A stretch of DNA of 64,000 bases from Octopus vulgaris (GCA_951406725.2 OX597825.1:83390001-83454000), one strand, 5' to 3'. Numbered from the stretch's first letter, positions 13,794 through 26,030 are shown. Translations and numbers: made by a program. The notes: generated by a model not told the origin, from the sequence alone.

Positions 13794-14255
13794 AATTGAA
13801 ATTCAATAAAAACAAAAAAACTGCATGGAGAATATGAGATACGGAAAGATAATGATAAATATAGACTAAAAATATATCTGTGGTGTATGTTTATATATAT
13901 GTATATATATGTGTGTGTTTATAGGGAGGGAGAGAGAGAGAGAGAGAGGTTGAGAGGGTGTGCGTATAATTGTGATCTTGAGTTTAAAATGCTATTATAC
14001 ATAAAAGAATACAAAAGGCACTGGCGATACTTCGGAACATAGAGAGAAAATTATTGGTATGGCTGTCGCAGAAGGAGAATTAGTGAGAAATATTCTAAGA
14101 TCCTAGTCATTCCATTTAATCTTTGTCGATGAATAACTGCGGAATAAATTGCGTTTTTGGCTTCAATGACGCAAACATTTTAGTCCCGTTTCAATCACAT
14201 GTTGTACTGGTTATGTCTGCAATGCTCAAAATATTAGGAAATGTAATTATTTCGT

Positions 14256-14873
14256 TTGAATTGTTTATTTTAAACCGCTTCTTGTTGCAATTATAGGCTC
14301 ACGAGTGATAAATAATAGGAAAACAATAGGAATTTGAAGTCAGTAAAAACATATAAAAAAAAGCGTGATTTAAGATAAACAAAAATAATTTCTTAAAAGG
14401 GTCGAAAGTTTTCTATGTTCCAAATATTTTGCGGGATTGAATAAGTGTTTATGCAAGGGGAAAACAACCCTATTCATAAAGAAGTCAATAATTTAACAGG
14501 TCATAAAAACATTAATGCTTTATTTCTTCTATAATGACCATATTTTGCCTAAATACGTGGTCGTGCTTGAATTATTTATTTTAAACCGCTTCTTTTTGCA
14601 ATTATAGGCTCACGAGTGGCAAATAATAGGAAAAAATTAGGGATTTGAAATCAGTAAAAAATATAAATAGGTGACTTAAGATAAACAAAAAAACTTTCTT
14701 AAAAGAGTCGAAAGTTTTGTAAGTCCCAAATATTTTGCGGGATTGAATAAGTGTTTATGCAAAGAGGTAAAAACCTATTCATAAATTACACAACAATTTA
14801 ACAGGTCAGAAAGAACATTGATGCATTGTTTCTTCTATAATGACCATATTTTGCCTAAATAGGAGTTCGTGCT
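14256..14873 (+). repeat. Tandem duplication, two ~310-bp units
   Basis: 14256-14566 and 14567-14873 align throughout (e.g. CCAAATATTTTGCGGGATTGAATAAGTGTTTATGCAA occurs twice). Confidence 0.9.
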
Positions 14874-15072
14874 GAAAAGCTCCTGGCTTTGGGTTAAAGA
14901 AAAGACAGAAGAATCAGTTGTGATTTTATTCAACATATTCCCTTCATTCACACACTAATCGTAACGGTCCTTCAGTTTGCCTAAGCTCTGTAAGAGAACT
15001 ACAAAGTTTGGGCCTCCTATTAGGTCTTTCACGACACCCTTAAAACCAGGAATTTTTCAGCACCCCCTTGTA
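14860..15072. mobile_element. Tc1/mariner-type MITE
   Basis: Imperfect TIRs TA..AG...GTGCTGAAAA..TCCTGG.TTT at both ends, with TA termini. Confidence 0.75.
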
Positions 15073-15315
15073 TCTGTCTATCTATTGATCGCTCGATCTC
15101 TGTACATACATATATATGTATGTGTGTATGTATATGTGTACACACACACACTTATATATATATACACGCATATACGTATTTATGCAAGGCTGTCGTAAAA
15201 AACACATCAAGACTACATCATTAGAAGCTACACTTTACTTTATTCCGCTTGAAATTTTGACACCCAGGACGTGAGCCTGCTGCACCAACGGTCATCTAAT
15301 ATTCATTGTCAGTAA

Positions 15316-16066
15316 GGCGGCGAGCTGGCAGAAGCGTTAGCACGCCGGGCGAAATGCTTAGTGGTATTTCGGCTGCCGCTACGTTCTGAGTTCAAATTCC
15401 ACCGAGATCGACTTTCCCTTTCATCCATTCGGGGTCGATTAAATAAGTACCAGTTTCGCACTGGGGTCGATATAACCGACTTAATCCCTTTGTCTGTCTT
15501 TGTTTGTCCCCTCTGTGTGTAGTCCCTTGTGGGTAGTAAAGAAATAGGTATTTCTGAGTTCAAATTACGCCGAGGTCTACTTTGCCTTTCATCCTTTCGC
15601 GGTCAATTAAATAAGTACCATTTACGCACTGGGGTCGATATAATCGACTTAATCCCTTTGTCTGTCCTTGTTTGTCCACTCTGTGTTTAATCCCTTGTGG
15701 GTAGTAAAGAAATAGGTATTTCTGAGTTCAAATTCCGCTGAGGTATACTTTGCCTTTCATCCTTTCGCGGTCAATTAAATAAGTACCAGTTTCGCACTGC
15801 GGTCGATATAATAGAGTTAATCCGTTTGTCTGTTCTTGTTTGTCCTCCCTGTGTTTAGCCCCTTGTAGGTAGTAAAGAAATAGGTATTTCCTCTGCCGTT
15901 ACGTTCTGAGTTCGAATTGCGCCGAGGTTGACTTTGCCTTTCATCCTTTCACGGTCGATTAAATAAGTACCAGTTGCGCACTAGAGTCAATGTAAACGAC
16001 TTAATCTTTTTGTCTGTAAGTGTTTGTCCCTTCTGTGTTTATCCCCCTGTGGGCAATAAAGAAATA
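15316..16066 (+). mobile_element. Family A SINE tandem tetramer within one 17-bp TSD
   Basis: Junctions GAAATA|GGTATTTC at ~15546, ~15714 and ~15882; TSD AATATTCATT(G/T)TCAGTA at 15298-15314 and 16067-16083. Confidence 0.9.
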
Positions 16067-18621
16067 AATATTCATTTTCAGTAGAATAGAATGGGTCAAC
16101 TTGAAAGTAAGCGCTTTACTCAAGGAACTAATACACCTCTGCTTCAAGGATTTGAACCTACGACTTTATGATTGGAGTAATTTGAAACGAATCCCCTTGC
16201 ACAAAGACACTAAGCACTGCCTGGTCCAAGAAGAGTTCACACTCATTTGCGATAATGAACACAACATACCAACGAGCAGGCCACGTGTCTTCTCACTTGT
16301 TACTTAGTGTAGTTTTAATCCGATACCCCATTCACAATTTAACCTCTGCAACGATGGAAAACAAAAGTAAAATCTACACAGAATCTATCAACAGATTCGG
16401 ATCAATGCCGACAAATATTTGATCTCATCTACAGACATTGCCCTAAAAATAGTCTAACTACTAATATGATGGAAATCTTCATGAAAGCTCTGATTTATTT
16501 CAACTTTGTGTCCTTGAAGATAAATCTCACATCGTCAGATGTCAGTTCGATAATATTGTTTGTATAGACGGCAGGTTGGAATGTCATTGATGGAATGGCT
16601 TAAGATACTCGATCAGAGGTAGACTTACGATAGTCACATATACATGCAGATGCATGCATAATTTAACATATAATGAACAACAGTTGAGACACACATATAT
16701 GCATACACCTTATGATTTAACATATAAATATTAAAATATTTTTCGCTAATACCTTGTTTAAATACAATCGTATTATATGCAAAATATGGTTCCGCAGGAA
16801 TTTGCGCATTTTCTTCTTTTGCGCTTCATATGCTTTTACTTCCTTTCTCCCTCTCCCCTCCCTCTTTCTCTCTTTGTGTCTTTCTCTCCTTGTCTCATTG
16901 GATTCTCACCCCTTTCTTCCCTTTTCTGTTCACACAATTTGGTTCATTTTCTTATCTCACGACTCTGATCGTTTTCGGAATAATTGATTATAAATTGATT
17001 TTTAAAACGCAATAAAATGGATTTTTTTTTGTCTTTTACGATTCGGAATAAAACACAATATGGAGATAAATTACTATGACAAGGATTGAAGGTTTTATTC
17101 AAATTCCTGCTGAGACTATTGTTTGGAACTTCATACGATTGATAATTTTTAATGTTCATATTCAAAGCTTAATACAAATTATATTTTCCCAATTTCAATA
17201 ATAATAAAAAAAAAGAGCCAATATCTCATATCAGAAACTAATGCATATTCCTAAGCCTGTTAGATTACTGCTATGTTATGTTTTCAAATACGAAAAAGTG
17301 GCTCCGGAAACATTGCATTATTGGTAACGAAACAACAAAGATTTCCTTTGAGTAAATTACGTGTTTAAATTAGTCTAGCATAAAGAACGATTGTGGCTGC
17401 TTACACACAACAATTATGTAACTATGAAAACTGGTAAGAAAATTAAGAAAAACGTAAACGTTGTATTGGATTTATCAATACAGAGATTGTAAATCGAGAA
17501 CAACAGTATTCCTCAGTGTAAGAAGAATATTAAAGAACATTTATATATGTTATGTTTACTGTGAAGAACTGTAGATTATAAAACAGCAAAATTAGTAGTT
17601 CTTATCAGAAAAAATAAATTTAGCATCCGCGAAAAACCTGAATAGCAACATTATATTTTTATCGAAATAACAATGTGAACGATAAGTGTAAAGCTATATT
17701 GATATATTCTAGGCATGATGGCCATTATATTCTGAGAATGGAGGTGTAGATCTGAAGATTTAATACCTCCCCAAGGAAGCTAATCTCCTGCAAATCTATC
17801 ACAAACAAACCCTTTCCTCGAAACCTCTATTTTGGGTGCCAACAAGTGAGACTCTGTGTAGGAAACAGGTTCCAAGAAATATCAGTTAAATTATCCGCAA
17901 AATTCATTTTACTGTCTCAAAAGTATGGAACGGCGATACAGATTAGAAAAAAATCTCTTTATATATAACATTTAAAATGAAAATATTTCTGACACCAGTA
18001 AGATATAACACAGCATGTATCAATTTTACACGAGTCCTTTCGCCTACCAACTATATGTATCGTCTACCAACTATGGAATTTCACCCAGTGATCTTGCTCT
18101 ATATTTATAGATAGCACTCGTAGTTAAATATGGAATCCATGTCTATTTACGCTCTGATTTTTGTTTGTCTCATATGATGTTAAGCTTTATCATCACTAGT
18201 TCTCACGATGCCGAAGCTATACACCAGAATTGAAAAGGCAAGACACGTTATCCACTATGTTATCTTTTCTGAGGAGCATCCGTGGCTGAGAAATCACAAC
18301 TAATCTTATGCTTATTGCACTTAGATTCAGCCCCAAAATGAGGAAAGTACGGAGTGATAGTACTTCATTGCTGTAGTGGTGGATGAAAGGTTCGCTGTTT
18401 GTGTTTCGATTAGGCTCAAGTTATAAATTGCACTGTAAAGGTAGAAAAAAACTACAGTTTATAAACATTTGCTTAGCTGCCAGACAAAGGATATCAATGT
18501 GAGAATTACAGGCTTAGAACGCAAGATAGGCAAGATTAGAGTCCGAAAAGCTATCTTAATAAGTATAAAGCTTCATTAAACAAGAAACAAGAGCTACATG
18601 TGACGGTCTAGTTACTATATT

Positions 18622-18853
18622 TATTTCTTTACTACCCACAAGAGGCTAAACACAGAGGGGAAAAATAAGGACAGACAAAGGGATTAAGTCGACGACATCG
18701 ACCCCAGAGCGTAACTGGTACTTAATTTATCTACCCCGAAAGAATGAACGGCAAAGTCGACCTCGGCGGAATTTGAACTCGGAACATAACGACAGACGAA
18801 ATACGTCTACGCATTTCGCCCGGCGGGCTAACGTTTCTGCCAGCTCACCGCCT
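18622..18853 (-). mobile_element. Family A SINE
   Basis: Full-length; TSD TCTAGTT(A/T)CTATA. Confidence 0.85.
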
Positions 18854-19614
18854 TATCTAGTTTCTATAGTAACGCCTTGTTTGCGTATGTCACAACCCTC
18901 TCCAAAAATGCATGCAAACGTAGCATTTCTATATTATCTCCTATTTCTGCATGTGACTAGATGAAGGGGTTCTAAACCCGAAACGGCTAAGAGATGCAAC
19001 TTCAAATATTAACTGTTTTCCTTCTGTGTTTCCGCATACGCATTTCAGTTTGCAAATTTGGCGAAATTTAGAAAAAAAGATTTAAGCTACCTCCCCACCA
19101 CACACTCCAACACATACATATTTATCTATTCTGTCTATATATGTGTGTCTGTATTACCTGTGTATATACATACATAAACAAATTATATAGCTAGATACAT
19201 ACATACAAACATACATGCATACATACATACACACATATATATTACATTCTAAATCCTGAAGTTCATATTTGTATTTTGTGGACTTCTAACAATGAAGCCT
19301 TACTTTGCTTATCGTGTTTTTAAATGGCTGAAGGTAACGATATATCGAAATATTTCACTGTCTATGGCAGATTTCTGGAATAACATTCACATTATATAAC
19401 ATTCTGTTTGCGCCATCGGAGACATAATTTTCTCGCAGTTAAAATTTAATTAGCAGTATATCAATATCTCGATACTGTTGACTTAGAGTTGTGATGTAAC
19501 AGACAAATATATTGGATAAATATGGCAACGGTACTTACATAGATTGCTGAAACTAGTGGTGGAGATAATCTTGTTGATTTTCTTTACAAAAGTTTTACAA
19601 GTAGTAAGAGTGTA

Positions 19615-19616
<2 letters not shown>

Positions 19617-19648
<32 letters not shown>

Positions 19649-19651
19649 ATA

Positions 19652-19744
<93 letters not shown>

Positions 19745-19753
19745 CATTATTAT
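19617..19753. repeat. (AC)n(ATT)n microsatellite
   Basis: Directly visible. Confidence 0.95.
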
Positions 19754-19989
19754 TTATAATAGTCTGATTCGGTTCCCTGCGACTAACAGTTTCGAAGGTC
19801 TCTTACAGAAGCTCTTCAGTTTCAGACATTAGATCTGGAAATGTAACGCCTGAAAGAAGTATGTATATAGATATACACCTACCTACACACATACACATTA
19901 TAAATGGGTTGCTGTCGTCAGCTTTGTCGCCATTGCACACGTTTAACTATAACCCGGTCTCACGTTGGGATAAAGCGCGCGATTGCGAC

Positions 19990-20260
19990 ATTGGAAAATC
20001 ACTGCATCCCTAATTCCTTTGCTCACTCTGTTGAGAAGGGTCATCAACATCATCACCGTGCAGGGGGATGATTATTTGCTGTGTTGCTAGGGGGTCCATT
20101 CAGAGAGCTTTGTTTGGGGCGGACTGTTGGAGAGTTTGACTGGGGAGGTACTTGTATGAAACAAGAAGGAAGACGCCCCGAAGTTTTGGTCATCTTCGAC
20201 ATAAGCCTTACTTAATGCAAAATCCCCAACGTCGCTTCGATCTTGATTTACCGTCGAGAC
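19990..20260 (+). pseudogene. Highly diverged 28S (LSU) rRNA-like segment
   Basis: GGAGAGTTTGACTGGGGAGGTAC (21/23 to the conserved LSU GGGGAGTTTGACTGGGGCGGTAC), with TCGCTTCGATCTTGATTT 80 nt downstream, the spacing recalled for eukaryotic 28S. Confidence 0.55.
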
Positions 20261-20343
20261 GGCGGATTTCATAAATATGTCTAGTCAATATATCAGAATA
20301 TCATAAAACTATTAGTTGCTCTTTGTATCTATGTATGTGTGCC

Positions 20344-20411
<68 letters not shown>

Positions 20412-21119
20412 TTTGTATATGTCACATCTGTATTATTTCTCTTGTTTAGTACCTCTTGAATCGTTATTTATATACAATAAAATACCTTTCCTCCACCGCA
20501 CTCTTTCTTTCTTTCTTTCTCTTCTCCCAGTATTTTTTTAAATTTGCTCCGTTAAATTGTTATTAGTTCCCTTCATCAAAATCTTTCTATTTTATTTTAT
20601 TCTCTACTTTAAAATTATTTCCTTTAAGCAATAAATATTTTACGATGCAAACGATATATGTTAATTTTAGATTTTTATTTCGTCACAATTGTTTACAAAT
20701 CATTTGACAGTTGTCTTATAATGTCTTCAAACCAAAGAGATGTAAAGAAAATTAGAGAATTATCACATTTTATTATATTTTGAAATCAATTTTTGTGATA
20801 TATATTTTTTTTCATCTAATGTGTCATTTATGAGGTTTTGTTCGGATTTTATTTCCCTGTGATTACATGTCAAAAGAATTCAAATTATTACATTGTTTTA
20901 TTTTCTATCAAATGCATACAAATGATTTCTTTTTTTAAATACAAAGTGTCCTTAGAAATTAAATACTTCAAATGCATTTAAGAACTATCGATTATGACAC
21001 TCAGAATGAAGAACTTCAATAACGAGTGTTTTCTTTTCTAGAGAATGTAACGGAATAAACACGTGTATTGTAGAAATTTTTTCAGACCTTCCACATCCAC
21101 AAATAATAAAAGAAATTAT

Positions 21120-21285
21120 AACCTTTTCTACTCTAGGTACAAGGCCCGAAGTTTTGGTGGAGGGGTCCAGTCGATTTGATCGATCCCAGTACGCAACTGG
21201 TGCTTAATTTATCGACCCCGAAAGGTTAAAAGGCAAATCGACCACAGCAGAATTTGTACTCAGAACATAGCGGCAGACGAAATAT
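21120..21285 (-). mobile_element. Family A SINE, partial, alternative tail
   Basis: TTTATCGACCCCGAAAGG core. Confidence 0.7.
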
Positions 21286-21774
21286 CGTAATATATATATA
21301 TATATATATATATATTGGAAGGTTTGGAGATGATGTACAGGTATTATATATTAGAAGAAGAAATGAGGTAATCAGAAGATCGGATGGTTTATATTTACAG
21401 ATATTTATTTTATATATATATGTAAAAAATGTAATATATAAATAAATATCTGTAAATATGAACCATCCGATCTTCTGATTACCTCATTTCTTCTAATAAT
21501 ATATATATATATATATAGTTGAGGTGTGTTCTGTTAAGAACGTATAAGATTACAAATAGAGATCGTTCACCCTTAATATATATTATATATATATATATAT
21601 ATGTATGTATGTGTGTACGTGTCTGCGTGTGAGTGTATGTGTGTGTGTGTGTGTGTGTGAATGTATGGGGACATTCAGTGATGTATGGTATATCGGTGTG
21701 TAAGTTACTTTGTAAGTATGAGCTAATAGCTGAATGTATTTTGCGTAATGGTACAGTTTGGCGTGTGCAGAATA

Positions 21775-22174
21775 ACTCTTTTACTCTTTTACATGTTTCA
21801 GTCATTTCACTGACCATGCTGGAGTACCGCCTTTAGTCGAGCAAATCGACCCCAGGACTTATTCTTGGTAAGCCTAGTAGTTATTCTATCGGTTCCTTTT
21901 GCCGAACAGCTCAGTCACGGGAACGTAAACACACCAGCATCTGTTGTGAAGTAATGTTGGGGGACAAGCACAGTCACACACACACACACACATTCATATA
22001 TACATATACATATATACGGCGGGCTTCTTTCAGTTTCCATCTACTAAATCCACTCACAAGGCTTTGGTCGGCCCGAAGCTATAGTAGAAGACACTTGGCG
22101 AAGGTGCCACGCAGTGGGACTGAACCCGGAACTATATGGTTGGTAAGCAAGCTACTTACTACATAGACACTCTT
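21775..22174 (-). mobile_element. Family B SINE
   Basis: Colinear with 12572-12982. Confidence 0.85.
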
Positions 22175-22525
22175 GAAACTGAATAAATAAACAGTCAACG
22201 TGCACATTGCAGCTCATGTCGAATGTGATGACACACTCATACCGAGCGAATTGAAACCGTCAGCGTTTGTTAGTTTCAGAGAAGCCATGGATGCTGTAGC
22301 ATGGAAATCTAGATTTAATTACGGAGACAGCAACTGAGTCTTGCCTGAGAAGATATATATATTGATCTCCTTATACAGGTAAATCGTTACAAATTTTTAA
22401 TTTAAACTTTACTTGAAATCCTGCATATAAGAGGATCTGTATGTTTCGAAATATTTGTAGTAATTAAAAAGCTGCCTAATTGTACTTACTCTTCCGTTGG
22501 ACTCTTTTACTTTTTACGTATTACG

Positions 22526-22588
<63 letters not shown>

Positions 22589-22631
22589 ACATCGTGAGTA
22601 CCGCTGGCGATTTTTTCTCTCTGTCTTTCCC

Positions 22632-22830
22632 GTCCGGCTTACGGATCCGTGGAATAAGCTGCCGGACGAGATAGTGAAGATGCCGACGACCGCTGGGTTA
22701 AAAGTCGCTCTTGACCAGAAATGGCCTGAACTCTTTGCATGAACACCACCCTGTACATAAGTCCATGTCCCCCTACATGGCCTTGCTTTTTGCTTTTTGA
22801 GCCAAATAATTAACTTAACTTTAACTTCTT
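22632..22830 (+). pseudogene. CR1/L2-type LINE extreme 3' end
   Basis: VRLTDPWNKLPDEIVKMPTTAGLKVALDQKW* matches the RV...WN.LP..V....FK..LD motif; short TAACT-type tail repeats. Confidence 0.7.
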
Positions 22831-22850
22831 TTATACACATTGTTTGGATA

Positions 22851-22899
<49 letters not shown>

Positions 22900-23185
22900 A
22901 TGAGAGGTAATGGTGTCAATAAGAGACAAAGGTGTCAGGTAATGCTGAGTAAGTGCTAAGGACAGAATATAGTTAAGCTCCAGGTTCGGTGATTATGGGA
23001 ATAAGGAGTCCAACGTAGGTCATATATCAGCGTGTTCATATATAATTGTTTTTTTCAGAATGAGAAATAAAAACGAAGGCTGTGAAGATTTTAGAACATT
23101 TATAAATAGGTCTTATTTATAAATGTTGTAAAATCTTCACAGCCTTGTTTTTTATCTTTTGAAAACCTCATTCTATATAAAATAT

Positions 23186-23228
<43 letters not shown>

Positions 23229-23233
23229 ATATA

Positions 23234-23279
<46 letters not shown>

Positions 23280-23404
23280 TGTGTGTGTGTGTGTATGTAT
23301 TGATAAAAACGGTAAGATGACAAAAAAATGAAAGGGACTTCGATATTATGTAGATAGAGGAATTTATTTGTAAATGTAATATGTGACAATTATTCGGTAA
23401 CCGA

Positions 23405-23465
23405 GATAAAACTTCGAGTTTCGGATGCCGAGGTGGAAATCCACGCCGCCATCTCTTCAGTTATC
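23405..23465 (-). ncRNA. Type I hammerhead ribozyme (left arm of inverted pair)
   Basis: Minus strand reads GATAA-CTGAAGA-GATG...CATC-C-GAAACT-cga-AGT-T-TTATC; all three stems can form. Confidence 0.7.
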
Positions 23466-23594
23466 CGGCCATCGAAAAACTGTATGAAAAAATCCCCTTG
23501 ATGGTATAGGTAGGTTTTTTCATAGAATAATCGATGTAATAGGCGTCCATATTGAATTCTGAAAAATAATTCATAGCGTTTTTTCCGATGGCCG

Positions 23595-23655
23595 GATAAC
23601 TGAAGAGATGGTGGCATGGATTTCCACCTCGGCATCCGAAACCCGGAGTTTTATC
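23595..23655 (+). ncRNA. Type I hammerhead ribozyme (right arm of inverted pair)
   Basis: GATAA-CTGAAGA-GATG...CATC-C-GAAAC-ccgga-GT-T-TTATC. Confidence 0.65.
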
Positions 23656-23690
23656 TTGGCTACCGAATAATTGTCACATATTATATATAT

Positions 23691-23775
<85 letters not shown>

Positions 23776-23873
23776 TACCACTAACATTATTAATAATCAT
23801 GTTAATAAAAGATTGGTTAGCAAGTTTAGAAATTTATAGATAAAATATAAATAACACACACATATATATATTA

Positions 23874-23908
<35 letters not shown>

Positions 23909-24298
23909 TGTATGTATGTATGCATATACACCTACACTTAAACGCCCGCCTGCATGCGAAGGTAGGCAGAAGCGTGTTGTTCATTTATCGCTTATTATCC
24001 CAAATTGCTGCATAGTTTCCAGATAATTTTTTTTTAAATATTTTCCATTAACTAACAGCACTCGTTTAAACTAGTTTAAAACAATTTCACTGAATCTTTT
24101 GAAAATCAATATATTTATTTGCATTGATTATTGAATTATCGTCGCAAAGTTTTCAACATTTAAGTATAAACATTTGAAGATTTATCTAATAAAATGGAGT
24201 TATTTGAATATATTTTTATATACGTATATATGTGTGTGATTCTGTGTGTTAGTGTGTGCATCGCTCTCTGTTCCTCTGTAAATGTGTGTATATATATA

Positions 24299-24364
<66 letters not shown>

Positions 24365-25640
24365 GGTGTGTTTGTGTGTGCATGTGTGTGTGTGTATGTT
24401 TGTATATATATACACATATATGCATAGAAATATCTATATATGCACATTCACAAACACATACACACATATAAATACATATTTTGTTAAACACATTTTTATT
24501 AGATAAAATATATGTGAATACAATTATTATATATAAATAAGTATATATATATATATATATTTATATACAGGTGAATATATATAATGAAAATTCAACATGT
24601 ATGTATACATAATGAATATACAGGATATGTGCACATAACTGTTTTTATTTGATAAAATAAATGCGCGTGTGTGTGTTTGTGTGTCGTTGTGTGTGGATGC
24701 CCGTGTACATATTTTGAAATCAAATTTGATGACAATAAAATGTTTTAAATAAATGTTATTATATTTCTATCAATTTATCTATAAAGCAAAACGCAAAATG
24801 AAATTTATTCAGCAAAGCTAAATACGCATAAAAATAAAATAAATATTCAATGAAACGCTCGGAAAACTTTACCATTAAAAACAAATACAAAAAGCAGAAT
24901 TCTTCCGTAAGTTCTAATGATATTTGGAATTCATTTCTTAGATTTAAACAAATTGTTGGAAATGATATATAATTCGTACGTGTATTTCTACAAAATTAAA
25001 TTTTATATTATTATTCCGCCCGTGTCTATTAGCCGGCTATTATTTAACTTGGAAAAAAGTTATTTTCATTCCATCTACTTTATAAAAATTAGACACACCA
25101 GGATTTCGGACAGACGGTACCCAAACACATGTATACCCGCTTGCACATAAAGCCACATTTAAGTATATATAATTTCTATTAGTTCAAACATCCAATAAAG
25201 GCACTCTGCACATCTATATAGTTGAAACTGAAGGCACAGCAAAATCGCAATCGATCTATTACTTGGATCGTAAAGAATACGGCATTACTCTAAATTAGTG
25301 TTCTTAGATCTATTCCATCCTTCGGATAAAGCCCACGGTTATATCATTACGTAAAGAATACGAAAGTTATAAATTTCGCTCCCTCTGGACAAATTATTTT
25401 CATATATACACAAGAAAACCTACCGTGTTTATAATGTAACCGGTTGAATGTTCCTGTCTACTTCTATGCAGTAAACCGCTGCCGCCCTATTGCAAAAGTT
25501 ATCCCAAATAAAACCAGATTCACTCAAACCGTTCCATGTACACCCCACAGGAAGGGTGTGAGAATTCAGAAATAAATATATATAATAAAGGAACTAAATT
25601 TGTTTAATTAAAAATTCATTGGAGTATTTTTATTTATGTG

Positions 25641-25717
<77 letters not shown>

Positions 25718-25718
25718 A

Positions 25719-26030
25719 CAATCGAAATTTGATTAAGGCTGTTCCTCATTTTTTCATTGCACGGAACAAAACGTAATTTTCACAGGTCTGTGTGTCTTTC
25801 GTGCAGGTTTACCAATAATTTCTCCTTCACTGGCATCTAATATGGGACGAAGTGTTAATCCCCGTGTTTAGCTCTTTCTTCAAATGATGCAGATGCATCT
25901 GATGAGATACTAATAAGGGTCGAGAACCGATTAAGGCTGTTCATAATATATTTTAATCTACAGGTGTATATGTAAATTTTACATGTCAATATATTAATTA
26001 CGTAGGTTAATACACAAAAAAAAACAAACA
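25719..26030 (+). mobile_element. Decayed hammerhead-bearing insert with an internal 198-bp-period direct repeat, between microsatellites
   Basis: CTGATGA-GATACT-aata-AGGGTC-GAGAA-CCGA-TT at 25899-25932; GATTAAGGCTGTTC occurs at both 25731 and 25929. Confidence 0.45.

Larger units (their letters stand above)
23290..23683. mobile_element. Fold-back PLE pseudo-LTR remnant inserted in a (TG)n/(TA)n tract
   Basis: ~110-bp inverted repeat (23377-23488 vs 23570-23683); each arm holds a hammerhead; flanked by dinucleotide microsatellites. Confidence 0.65.

Noticed and set aside
15316-16066. Regularly repeated units resembling a CRISPR array or satellite
   Set aside because: Whole units repeat with no unique spacers; it is a SINE multimer in eukaryotic DNA.
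19781-19825. Minus-strand CTGAAGA...GAAACTGTT hammerhead candidate
   Set aside because: Stems I and II do not pair convincingly.
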